NCBI GenBank assembly: GCA_964057225.1
Contig: OZ059898.1
Coordinates: forward strand, 15,810,001 to 15,874,000
Direction: 5' to 3'
DNA from: Auanema rhodensis
Taxonomy: Eukaryota; Animalia; Nematoda
DNA: 64,000 nucleotides
Below the pieces are notes generated by a model. The model worked only from the letters and a program-made list of their open reading frames with translations, searched no databases and was not told the DNA's origin. Positions 12,665-24,853 of the stretch are shown in pieces. Position 1 is the stretch's first letter. Every line of letters begins with the position of its first letter. Made by a program: the position numbers and the translations under genes.

Positions 12665-15600
12665 ATGATGTTTCCTAGATTTTTACTAATTGGGTATGTC
12701 TTATTTTTTGAAAGAAGTTTTCGATTATACCGCTTTCAGTATATGTTGTGTACTATCTATTGCTGGTAATGTTACATCATCAATAGCGTTTAGATCAATA
12801 TTACAAGAATGGATGAGTCCTGCCCGTTTTCAGTTAGTTTTTGTTTCTTTTACTTTTTTTCCCCTATTATATATTGTGTGGGTAAGTTGAATTTTAAGTG
12901 TATGAAAAACTATCGCACTAAAAAATACGACTGGTTGAAAACTATTTTTATACTCATATCTAACTCAATAAGTTCAAAAGGAAATGATCTTAAGTTTAGG
13001 CTTGTTTTCTCGTAGCATGTGACTATTTGGTCAAAAGTTTTACATTTTTCACATGATTTGAGAGATAGGAGTGGTGGGGAGGGTGGTTGTGACAATCTTA
13101 TTGAACCTGATATGACGTTATTGCTAAATCGCAATATATGGCTTTTCAGAATAACTGAAAGTTTTCAAAAGAAGTAGATGAGCGAATTACTAATATCCAT
13201 TTGAAATTGATTTTTGTCTATTGTCCCGTTTCAATATGGAAATGTATATACGGCTCATTTCCATGTTCTCGATTTTCCTGTATTAGAAGAGGCGGGGCCC
13301 TGCAATTGCGACCAGTTCACTTTCCCTTGATCGACTGAAAGAAAGAATAACGCTTACGTGTGCTGCTGTTATTTTCTGATTGAAAAAGAGAGAGAGTTTT
13401 AACAACCTTCTCTTAAGCATTTGCATTAAACGCATGTTATGTGAATTACCGACGTTGGAATACCTATCTAACTTGGCCTTCAAGAGCCATATTTCATTTG
13501 TTTTATCTTTTCCTATATATTATATATTTGTTCTGTTTTTCTTTGGGAATGTATCTGTTGTAGGGTTGGTTTTATTATTTAGAAAAAAATTTATTAATAT
13601 ATGGAATTGTACAATCGCATATTCAATTTTTATTAGAATTCGAAGAGATAGGGGGGGTATTGACAAAAAACGTTTAACAAACTATATTATTGACCGTTTC
13701 AGTTAAATTTACTATTAGCATGACTGATTTTATGGCTTGAAAATTGCTCTTAATTCGCTTACATTTCTTTGGAATTTTTTGAAGTGTGAGAATCTTTAGT
13801 TTTCATTAAGTAAACATCCGTTAGGCCACGTGTTGTTTGATTTGGTTAAGCGTTCTAGCTACTGAACCAAGCCGTAGGGAATTTGCAAAATTATCAGATG
13901 ATCAAATTTACTTAAAAAAAAACCAATAAGTTAATTCTAATTAATTATATTATAGTGCTGGTGTTTGTGAAGAAGCTGTTGACCTATCTCGTGTTGATTC
14001 TTCATCCTCGATTCGTAATTCCTCTCCACCAAGTACAACATCTAATGGAAACTGTACTAACAATTTGACAGTTCAAAATACAATTACGTATGTTTTATAC
14101 TAATTTTTCATTGTGTGCGGCATAAGCATAGCTTATCAGTGATTCTGCAAAATTTTATGTGATAATTTTTTTCCAGAAATCATCCTATTGTGCCTGAACC
14201 GATAGAAACACAGGAACCTAGTGATGTTGATGCAACAACAAAACAACCTATTGTGACTTTTGATGAATGGACGAAAGAGAAATTAAAGCAAGAGCAGCTC
14301 AAAGCTGCCTCTGCAACGGTATTCATAGTGTGGCTATTAGATTCTTAATATGAAACTATTTAGGTTCCTGTTGTGGTGTTAGGTTCTGGTTCAGCTCCGA
14401 AAGCTGAAATCCTCGTTAGTTCACAATCAACAAGAAACTATGCTAGCAAAGAGTGTGGAGCAAAAGTTATTACTAGTAATGCTGAAGCAGAAAACACTAA
14501 AGCTCTATTGAATGATAAGGTAATGATCATGTTAGGAATGTTGTTTATTTTTTTTTTAGGAAAAGGACGAATATATGAGGAATCCTTGTAGTAAAGCTGA
14601 GAATAAATTTGTTGTTATCGAGTTGTGTGAAACGATACAGGTTGTTTACTTTAGTTTACAAAAATATTTTTAATTTTTTAAGCCTCGGCTGATTGAATTA
14701 GGAAACTTCGAACTTTTTTCATCAGGTCCAAGAGAAGTGAGAGTTTGGGGAACCGAAAGATTTCCCAATAATGAATGGGAATCTGTGGCTGAGTTTAATG
14801 CTTCTGATACTCGACAGTTACAAACTTTTCCTTTGCGTACAAGAGTTTATTCCAAATTTATAAAGGTATGTTAATAGATGCAAATTCTTGTTTCGTTTTA
14901 ATAAATGACGTCAGTTTAGTTGGAACTTGTTTCACATTATGGCAACGAGCATTATTGCACTTTGTCGGTTTTGAAAGTTTTGGGAATGTCAATGGTTGAT
15001 GAGTATGAGATTGAGGTTGGATGCTAAAAACGGTTTTTTTAACGAAAACTGTTATTTCTTTAGGCCCAGGCAGCCGTGAGATTGCCGGTTATCTCTGACG
15101 TAGTAACATCAACAGAAAAACCTGTATCTGTTAACAGTGAAGACTCGAAGGTTTTTTAAATCAGTTTTCTGTCACCTTTTCAAACTAATTTAGGAGGCTG
15201 ATAAACCAAATAACCTTCCGATTGACAGCTCGAAGCTTGAACCAACCGAAATCCCTACGAAAGTACTGAAAACAGTTACACAAGCTCCTATGAAATATGC
15301 TTTGATGAACAATTCTGCTCTGCAAATTGACGGAAAAAGAAGGTTTTGAATAGCGATTGAGAACTGATTAAATATTTTTCTTCTAGACGTTCCGCTTTCG
15401 ATATTCATCTCTGTCGGGTTTGTCCAACAAGTCCATCATGCATTGTTCCGACTCACCTTTGCTGGGTTTTTGTATGGAGACCTCCTCCATCAAATAAAAA
15501 ATTAAAACAGTATGTTGTCGTTATACCTTTCCCCCCTATATTTTCCTAATAGAATATCACCTCCTCTTACACCGGAAGACCGGAGTGTTTCTCTCCGTCT

Positions 15601-16938
15601 CCGTAGACACAGATATTCGACCTTACACCGAATTTATGTAGGTGCTACGAAGGGATTGCCTTCCCGACCGAAAACGACAACTGTGAGTCGTTCTAGATCT
15701 GAACTTGATTTTTAAAATTATTGTTATAGAATGGGGCGTCTAACGTACCCCATAACGAGAATGTTCAGGAGCACACAGTGCAACCAAAAACTGGTAAACC
15801 TGAAAAAAAGGGAGTAAAACAAGCAGCTCAAGAAGTTCCCGCTGCTTCCATTAGTGCTAAGGTTTTAGATAATATTTTTATGTTTGATTTAATATGGTAT
15901 AATTCAGGAGTCAGTTTTTCTGAAGTTGAACAAGCGTATAGCTGCACTTGAACTGAACATGTCTCTATCATCCGAATATTTAAGCGAGTTGAGTAGACAA
16001 TATGTTGCTCAAGCTGATGAACATCATAAACATATAGAGCAGGTAATTATCTTTTTTTTAATTTTTGAAAGCATCTTTAAATATTAGGCAAAGAAAGCAG
16101 CGCAAGAGGTTGCTTCTGATGTTGAACGTAGGCTGAATCAAATCATTGTTGAAAAGGTTTGAGGATTCTTCAGCTTCATGAGATAACCTGTTATTATAGG
16201 TTTTATCAATGAGAAAAGAGATGGATTCATTGTTAGCGTCTCTCCGAGTCGCTGCATTTTCTTTCGCCATATCTCCTGCACGTCCTCGGGACATTTATCA
16301 GGAGACTCATCGTGATACCGATTTCGTTGAAGAGCAAACAACCCCAGAAACAACAGAACTTAAAGAATATTATTCTTATTCTGATAATGACGATGTTTGG
16401 ACGGTCTGTTATCATTTCTTTGGCAAATGAATGATCTTGTTTTTCAGACAGAGCAAGTTGTATATGTGGTTGTAGCCGTTCAAATCATAAGTGTTCTAAC
16501 AATTGTGCCAGTGTTGATATTATATATCAATCGCCAAAAGTCTCAAGAATTATCAATGGATACCCTGAATGAATTGATACAACATAAAGTTGAACAAGCC
16601 TTGAAGGAACAGTCGGATGAATTGAAGCCAGGTGTGCTTAAACTGTTTTTCTACGTAGAAAAAAAATGTTGGTTATAGAGAAACGGGAAATTGATCCTGA
16701 AACATTGGCAACTATTCGTCGAGAAAAGAAGAGATTAAAACGATTGCGTCAAAGAGAACGATCACGACAATCACTGAGCAGTCAAGAAGAACGCCGCTTT
16801 TCAGACTCGACCATGTCCCAAGTTACTTCTCAAACAGAAACGTCATCAGAAGCTGAAGCAGTTTCTAGAAGTTTAACTAGAGAGGAATCTTCAGGTTTCG
16901 ACGAACGTTTCACCTCCCCCATTGCTGTTAATGCTTAA
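12665..16938 (+). CDS. suco-1: SUN-domain ossification factor (SUCO/Slp1 mid-SUN family) membrane protein; about 18 exons
   Basis: Signal peptide from exons 12665-12693 and 12740-12832 ([19 protein letters not shown]). [28 protein letters not shown]...[54 protein letters not shown], and a C-terminal TM helix. The 5' exons are less certain than the core. Confidence 0.88.
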
Positions 16939-19900
16939 TGTTATAGGCCATATACTATATAGTTGTTGAGCCTCAAAGATTCCGCAATTGTAAATAGTAT
17001 TAGCCTGTGATATATCAACTTTTGTGATTTTTTACGGGTTTGCGACGAACATTGATGGTTTATTGCCGGTCATTGTGTTGTTGCCTCTACTTGAGTATAC
17101 TTTTTTGAAAATCTGTTGTAGTATAATAATCATTGAGGTAAGTTGTCCTGCATATTGTATTGTTCTCTGTGAGAACGTATGTTTATCGAACTTGAACGGG
17201 TCCAAGTTTCAGATTAGTTCAGCATAGTTTTTCAGTTTCGCGCGCAGATTGTTTTACTCACTGTTTTCCCAGTATTCTGTAATCTGTGAATAATAAATAT
17301 TCTGTACCTAGAAATATCATTAGCTTTAGTCTCGCACTTTACCAGATGTGTCTCTTAAGCCACATGTTCGTGCAGCAGTCTTTTGTTATCGCTGTGGAGA
17401 TTTCAAAGATTATTATCGAAAGTCGAATCCTCTCTCCCGGACTAGTCATCAGGACCTGGATGTTGATCAATTTCTTGTTTTCTGTCTCTAGACGTCAGCT
17501 GTTCCAGACGTATACGCACGAGATAGTTAAAAGAATTGTCCAGTAGTTGTAGAGAAATAGAGAGAAATATTGTCGGTCATCATCAATTTCGTTCTAGCAC
17601 TCGATGACACTCTTCAGATATGCATTCACCAAAAAAAGGGAAACAGAAAAGATTTCGTCTCATTAGGCCGGAAACAGTGTTTATGAGGATAAGAAGAACA
17701 GAGCGATTTGAGCGCTTAGATATAAGTTCACTATCTAGCTTCTCATTTTCTCATTGACTTTATGTTTGCCTAACCTGGCAAATATGTTGACATTCTCAAA
17801 TAAGCATTACTGAATTGCACCCTAACAGTCCTACGTTAAGCCAAGAATTAAAATTATGATAAATATTTCACAATCTGTAGTTGTCAAAGTGTTGGTTTTG
17901 AATGTTTCGAAACAATCATTAACTCAGCTTATTGAAAACAAAGTTGCTCGTTGAAAAATATAACTGTGGAAGTTTTTATAATCTGCAATGAAACATAAAA
18001 TGTTACTGCAGTTAGGTCACTAGGTGAGAATTAGATTAAAAATACTTTTTAGATGTAGTTAATGAATCAGAAACACTGGACATTTTTAAAAAGAACAGAT
18101 TGAAAAATAAGAGTCAGATAGAGGGGGTGGCAGAGGTGGCGCTACTGGCCAGGCAGTTTACAACATACTACTTCATCCTCTTCATTCATATAGCTCTGCA
18201 CCTTGTATAAACAGCTAATGAAAACGTTCACTAGCTTCAGTCTCTATGCACACCGTCTTATCACGTCATTTTTTTTACGTAAAACGCTTCTGAACACCTT
18301 GAACTTCATTTTTCAATTTGCAAACGCAAGGAGCGGTTGTTCCCTCCGTTTTTCGGAAATCTTTCTCTCACCGTAGCTCTTAGTTCGTGCAATTAGAGAG
18401 AGAGTAGAACGGAAATCGGGAGTAGCTTTAGAGACAAACTCAGCAATTCTAGTGCTCTCTTCTATCTGTCCCTGTAATTCAACGTATTCATTCTTTCTTT
18501 CTCTTTGGCAGACCTATGTTGCAGCTGCTCTCTCTCCCTCTTTCTCTCTCTCGTGACCACCACGGAGTGTGACCTCAGAGCATTGTCTTATACCTCTCAA
18601 GTCACTTTAAGTTCTTCTCGTGCTATAACTGCTTTCTTTATAATTGAGTCCGATTAGTATTCCTTTCCTAAATCCTAAATTATTTTTATCTTTCATCTGC
18701 TTATTACCATCGCTATAATTTCATTGTTGATCACAAATTCCAATTTGATTTCTAGATTTTTTTTCAACTGTTTCGAAATATCTGATTTTATCCGTTTTGT
18801 CCCGTAGCCTTCGATAGATTACCTTGCTATTGTCGGCAATATTTCATGCTAAGATTCATCAAGTGAATAATTTTTCTTTTAAATTATCTAATTTTATTAT
18901 CGTTTGTGGAAAATCTGTCTGGTTCAAAAATCGTTTTGTGTTTCATTGATTTAAAAAAGAAAAAACAATCTAGAGATTTACGCAGGTTGAGAAATGAAAC
19001 TGAAAATAACATCAAGTAACAGTTATGCTTCCTGGATACAATTACAGATTCTAACATTTAGTCATCACACAAAAACAGTTGTCTTGAGTATTCTGAGGAG
19101 AAAACTTATTTTCTTATGAACAATATGATGAAGCTACGTTTGTTTCACTTCTCATGTTCAAATTATTCACGAGATTTAATACTGAGTATTATTTTTGGTT
19201 TAAGATTTTTCTCGTAGGCGATCCTTACAAAAGATGGCATTCCCCATTTTTACAACGTCAGCAGCCAATCGAAAATCTCTTTCCGTCCCAACTATTACAA
19301 AAAGGAAAATTTTATTAGAGCTGCAATATTCCTAACAGATTGATTCATTTGTTCGTATTAATACTGTTTCCTCATAAGATTCTCATAAATTTATTTGCAG
19401 TTTTAGACGACTTCTCATTATCTTTTCTTCGACTTTAACATTTGGCTAGAATGCAAGCTTTACGTTTCTGTGTTTTTTGTTTCTGATTGCTACCTCATCT
19501 AAACTTTTGCATAAGAAAACGCAATTATAAAAGCAAATTATATGATTCTTCTTTTATATGTGAAAAACTGTTAGTGAGATTTCTGCAGAGAATCAAAAAA
19601 ATTCATTAATATAGTGTTTCAGAAGAAATCTGGGCATTATGAACTTTGGTTCAGCAAGAGCTGATTTGCTCATGTTTTCATACAGTCCTGAAGAAACGCG
19701 GCAAAGCTCGTCATACTATGCCTCTCTCTCTCCTGTGAACACACTATCTTATCCAACTTGAGACCGCCATGAGCCTGTTTCGCTTCTTCGGGAGTCGTCG
19801 TCATTCGTCAAATCGCAACAACCGGATCCGGTATGCGAATGACGAGTCCGTCTGACTTCCAGGAGCTGCTGTAGCTCCTACACTGATGGAGCAGCGGCTG

Positions 19901-20313
19901 TCGCCCGAATATCCATCGTTTGCACCTCGTTGACCTATCGCAGTCCGGCTTGAAACTTTCAGACCGGATTGGGAGTCTGAAAATTGCTTCTTCTTTTTCA
20001 TTTTGTCATCGTTCGAATCTTTGTCTCCCAATCTTCCATAGTCACTGCACAAACCACCTTTCCAATAGGTAGCTTGCCTCTTCAGCATCAGTCACCGTTC
20101 ATTACATCACCAACACACCCTCTCAGGTTACAACCACAAAAGAACATCCTGTTTTCGTTGCTTCTCAGTTCCTCATGCTTTTCCAAAGTTTCTTCTCAAC
20201 AAACTTACAAGATCTATAATATCAATACTGTTATATTTAACAAATTATATGTTGACCTTATTTTTATTCGAAATATTCCAATACGCTTTGTTATGAATCA
20301 ATTAGTTTTTAGA

Positions 20314-20814
20314 ATGTCCTGGGTTGATCTTGTGAATACCAACCTTGTTGGTTCCGGATGTGTGAGTAAAGCCGCTATTTGCGGTTTTGACGGTTCAATC
20401 TGGGGAAAGTCGGATAACTTTCAAGTGAGTGTTTTCGAGTAGTAAAGAAACATTTTTCAAAATAAAAAAATTGAGTGATAACTATAATATATGTTTTCAG
20501 ATAACTTTAGACGAAGCCACTGCAGCCGGACGCTCTTTTGCTTGTAGAGACAGTCTTCTCGGCACTGGACTCCGTTTTGAGGGTGAGAAGTACCTTGTTT
20601 TGAACGCTGACGAAGATAGAATAATTGGAAAGAAGGGAGCTCAAGGATTCTTCATCTACAAAACTAATCAAGGTATTTACATCTAAATATCACAAAACAT
20701 TTATTTTTTAATTCAGCTGTCATTATTTCCATTTATGAAGGAGGAGTTCAACCTGAAGCATGCAGTAAAACTACTGGAGCATTGGCAGACTATTTTAAAA
20801 GCATTAATTATTAA
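20314..20814 (+). CDS. pfn-3: Profilin; 3 exons
   Basis: MSWVDLVNTNLVGSGCVSKAAICGFDGSIW...GLRFEGEKYLVLNADEDRIIGKKG...CSKTTGALADYFKSINY*. Closest in my recollection to C. elegans PFN-3. Confidence 0.92.
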
Positions 20815-21493
20815 ATCTTTTTGTTCGTTTCTCGCGATTGAAAATCAGCAAAGCATTTAAATTTCGTTCAGAAGCTTCTGCCTTTCTGCCACTTTGCCGC
20901 TCAAAGAGTCTGGTCGTTTTCTATTTCTATTTCTCCGAAAGCTTTTACAAGGAAATAAATTATTTCATCCAATTGTTTCTTTTCTTTTAGAATTTGATGA
21001 ATTATGAGAAGTATACGTCTCATGAAAATTATTTTAAACCTGAATGAAGTAATGTTTCAATATGAAAAACAATGAATGGACAAACAAAAAACTTGATATA
21101 TACATCAAATCTACAATTATTACAAAAGGTTAATAAATAGTTGATGCTGAATAAAAACAGTGCATGTACTCATAAATATGGTAACGATTTAAATCAATGA
21201 AAGTTTAAATAAAAAAAAATGATTAGCGTGATAAAAACCAATATACGGCTATTTCTATTAGTCGATATTTCTCATAAAATAAGAAAATAATAAACATAGT
21301 GATAGTACGGTATCTTTGAAAAATGTGCTCTTGGCCGTTCCTTTTGATTTTTAAAAAATGGATATAGTATGCTCTAGTTTTTAAAACTTTAATTTAGAGG
21401 TTAAGTATTTTTGATGTTCTATGATATATTCTGGTAAATGAATAACTACAATTAATTAATTTTTGAAAAGGTAAATTTATTACTTCTTTCAGT

Positions 21494-22804
21494 ATGTTGC
21501 GATGTAGTAATACCTTTCTGAAAACAACCATTTTATATACCAAGCCTTTTCTGAACACTTCACAAAACTTATTTCAAACGTCTATTAGGAATAAAGCAAC
21601 TGTATGTTATGCTCGAGAAGTTGTTTTGTTTATTATATGTTTGTAGACAAAGACTACTAGAGATAGCAACATTTTAAATTTATCCTCGGGCCCATCAAAG
21701 AAGGATCCAAGCAGTAAATTTTATCCTAAGTCAGAGACAACAAGAGCAAAGAAGAAAATTCAATTAACAGTAGGCACAGCTGCATTATTAGTAAGTATTG
21801 ATAGCATTTTAATTTTAATAAATGCAACTGTATTAAGATTTTACCCGCCTTCACTTTTTCCTTAGGAATTTGGCAATGCTACAGACTTCAATGGAAGTTA
21901 AACTTGATTGAAGAATTGAAAAAACAATTGGGAGCAGTTGCTATAGATTTTCCTGTTAATAAGTACTTTATTCTGTCGTTTCTATTTTGAAATTTATTTT
22001 TTTGTTCAAGTATTGAATCAATAGCTGACTTAGAATATCGAAGAGTACGTATAACGGGGGAATTTCTTCATGATAAAGAATTCATTATTGCACCTCGAGG
22101 ACGGTTTGACCAAGGTTGAGCTTCTGAAATTAAAATAATATTTTTTATGTTTTTACAGGCCATGTTCAAAAAGATAGTGGATCATTGTTATCGGATAATA
22201 ACATGTCTAGCCATGGTGCTCATGTTATAACCCCCTTCAAAATCAAAAATTCAAAGTAAGTGTTGTGATTATCATATTCATTTCAGTAATAATTGAATTT
22301 AGTCTAGTCATAATGATTAATAGAGGTTGGGTATCACCAGATTTAGTGTCTAGAAACCGTAGATCACATTGTGAACCTAAAGGTGTTGTTACCATAGAAG
22401 CTGTAATTAGAAAGAGTGAAACTGTAAGAATCTAATCCTACTTTATTTTTTAGTTCTTATTTTTAAGAGACCTCAGTTTGTGGGAGAAAACATTCCTGAG
22501 CAAGGAGTATGGTTCTATAAAGATTTCTATCAAATGGCCAAGCAGCATGGAACGCATCCCATTTACGTCGAAGCAGTTTATGGTTTGATTTTCTTACTCA
22601 TGCAAAATAAATTATTCGTTTCAGAGAGTACTATTCCTGGTGGACCTATAGGAGGTCAAACAAATATTAATGTTCGCAATGATCATCTTTCATATTTAGT
22701 AACTTGGTTTGTATTCTCTTCAATAATTTCACAGAAAAGATAATTTCAGGTTCACTTTGACTGCTGTAACTTTGGGAATGTGGTTCGCCCGTTTTAGAAG
22801 ATAA
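21494..22804 (+). CDS. sft-1: SURF1/Shy1 cytochrome c oxidase assembly factor; 9 exons
   Basis: Mitochondrial-type basic/hydroxylated N-terminus; FSLGIWQCYRLQWK, LEYRRVRITGEF, INRGWV, GGPIGGQTNINVRNDHLSYLVTWF. Confidence 0.95.
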
Positions 22805-22934
22805 AATATAATTTATTTTATTGTTGAAGAGACTAAATATTTTTCTATCATTATCTTATTCAAAAAAAAGTGTTTTTCGTACATTAATACTAATCAAGGT
22901 GCCAACATACAATATCATTCCCTCTTGAATTCAG

Positions 22935-24599
22935 ATGAAAATCTTGTTCCTTTTATTAATATTCTCTTCTTTGGCTTATACTTCGATATTAGAAGAAGAT
23001 CCTAATGATCCTACAGCAGTTTTCCGACATGCTGAAGTGCAAACTAATACTGTATGAAACATGTTAAGAATATAATAGTATTGATAAGATTGCTTTAGGT
23101 TGGAATCGATGATCCTTCCTTAAAACTAATTCTGAGGCGGTTATTCCAGCAATTGAATGTAGAGCCTTTACAAAGATCATTCTTTTCGGTTACAGCAAGG
23201 TTCAAAATCTAATACTTTTGTTTTAAACGGTGTTCAATTTGGTTAAGACTTTCGCTAACTTCTTATAATATGGCCCTGATCGCAGATTTTCTGGAAAGTG
23301 ATGAGGATAGTGCGGAGGTCCGTGATAAAGTTCGTAATGCTCTTTATGACTTGGTAGAAATAGTAAGTTTACTCATTTTTTTCTCAAAACATTTGATATC
23401 TCAGGCACAATCAGATGAGCTATCGCTATGGCACACTTTGCAATCTGTTGTCCGTCCATGGCTCATTTTCTGTAATGTAATCATCCTTATACCTGCATCA
23501 GTTCTGATTTTGAGAGCTTTGAGGTTTGTAAGCTAACTGTTATTGTTATGTAACTTGTATCATTTCAGACCTCGTTCATATCTTTTCATTATCATATTTG
23601 CAGTTGTTGTATTTTCTGTTTTCACGACGTATAACAGAATGTATGAGGTATTGTTTCTATTTATCTAGCTTACTGAATTGGTTTTTGTTTAGGAAAAACT
23701 AGCTGAACGGTTAGCTGCTAGTGAAAGCGCAGAAAATGCTTGTGCTCCTGCAACTTTGCTTGAGCAAGCTGTTGACATTGTTTCAGGCTTTGTAGCTTTC
23801 AAAAAGAAGTCTAAATGCTTGGCTTTTGTTGAGGTAAATTCATCACTTTGAAAGTTTTCCAAATTTAGTAACTAATAGAGACAAACAGTATCGATTGTGA
23901 ATGAAATTAGTTTGGTATCCGTATTTGCGGATGTTCTATCACATGGAATATTTGGATTCCTGTCGAATTGCGGAACTCACATCAACAAGTTTGTGAAAGA
24001 TGTATTTACTGATATGCCAATGCAAGGTGTTATCATCATAACTTTCGGTGGCTTCATCTTGTTTATCGGAAGTGTAAGTTTTCAACTATTTTACTTTACA
24101 ATTTTGTCTTTTTTTAGCTTTTAATGGTTGTTCAAATTCGTATACCGTTTCTTCTCAGTACCGAGCCTATACGTATGTATTTAATGTCGAAACTTACAAA
24201 CACTATGAGTTTTTTAGTTCTTCCCCTTCTTCGAGAATATATGGGAAGTTCATCTATACAGTCATGCGGAAGTGCTCCAGCAATTGCGTCCGCGTCTCAC
24301 CAAACTCATAAACATCATCATCTCCCTCAGGCTCATCGCGCAGCCATTGAAGCCGATTCGCATTCTCAAGCTGATGATCAGAAAGTTAATCTGAGTAATG
24401 TTACAGAAAGATCGCCTCAAAGGTAATTAAAGTCTCAGAAAGCTAAATTTTAATTTTAACTTTGAGAAGGAATAATCTACGTCAACGAGGGAAAGCACGT
24501 AATACAGAAGAAGCTCATACAGACTCAGCCGATGATGAACGCGAGCGTGAGCCTTCTGCTGATAGCAGGCGTTCAATTAGAGCTTCATCTCCTCCTTAA
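22935..24599 (+). CDS. CLCC1/MCLC-like ER membrane protein; about 10 exons
   Basis: Signal peptide MKILFLLLIFSSLAY, DP-rich N-terminus, two TMs, luminal Cys pair (NACAP...KSKC), an amphipathic segment ending FVKDVFTDMP, a further TM and a low-complexity tail. The architecture matches the MCLC family; no search was run. Confidence 0.65.
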
Positions 24600-24853
24600 A
24601 CATCTTATTGATCTTTTTTCTACATATGGGTTTTCATGACATTTTACTTTTGCATGTGAGATTGATAAGGCTTTCATAATTTATAAAAAAATTCTAACTT
24701 ATTCTACAAACTGTGAACTTTTGTTCAAATCTCAAGACAAAGTTAAAATTGACAAACAAGAAGTTGAGCCAAGAACTTATGCATTTGATGAATCATGCAT
24801 ATAGTTTCAAAAAATATAAATAGAATATGATATATACCAAAGCGATCTATGTA

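Noticed and set aside
19779-19792. TCGCTTCTTCGG resembles the 5' end of nematode U2 snRNA
   Set aside because: No branch-recognition GTGTAGTA or Sm site follows.
19836-19890. ATGA...TGAT as a SECIS recoding the in-frame TGAs
   Set aside because: No apical AAR loop or correctly spaced helix II.
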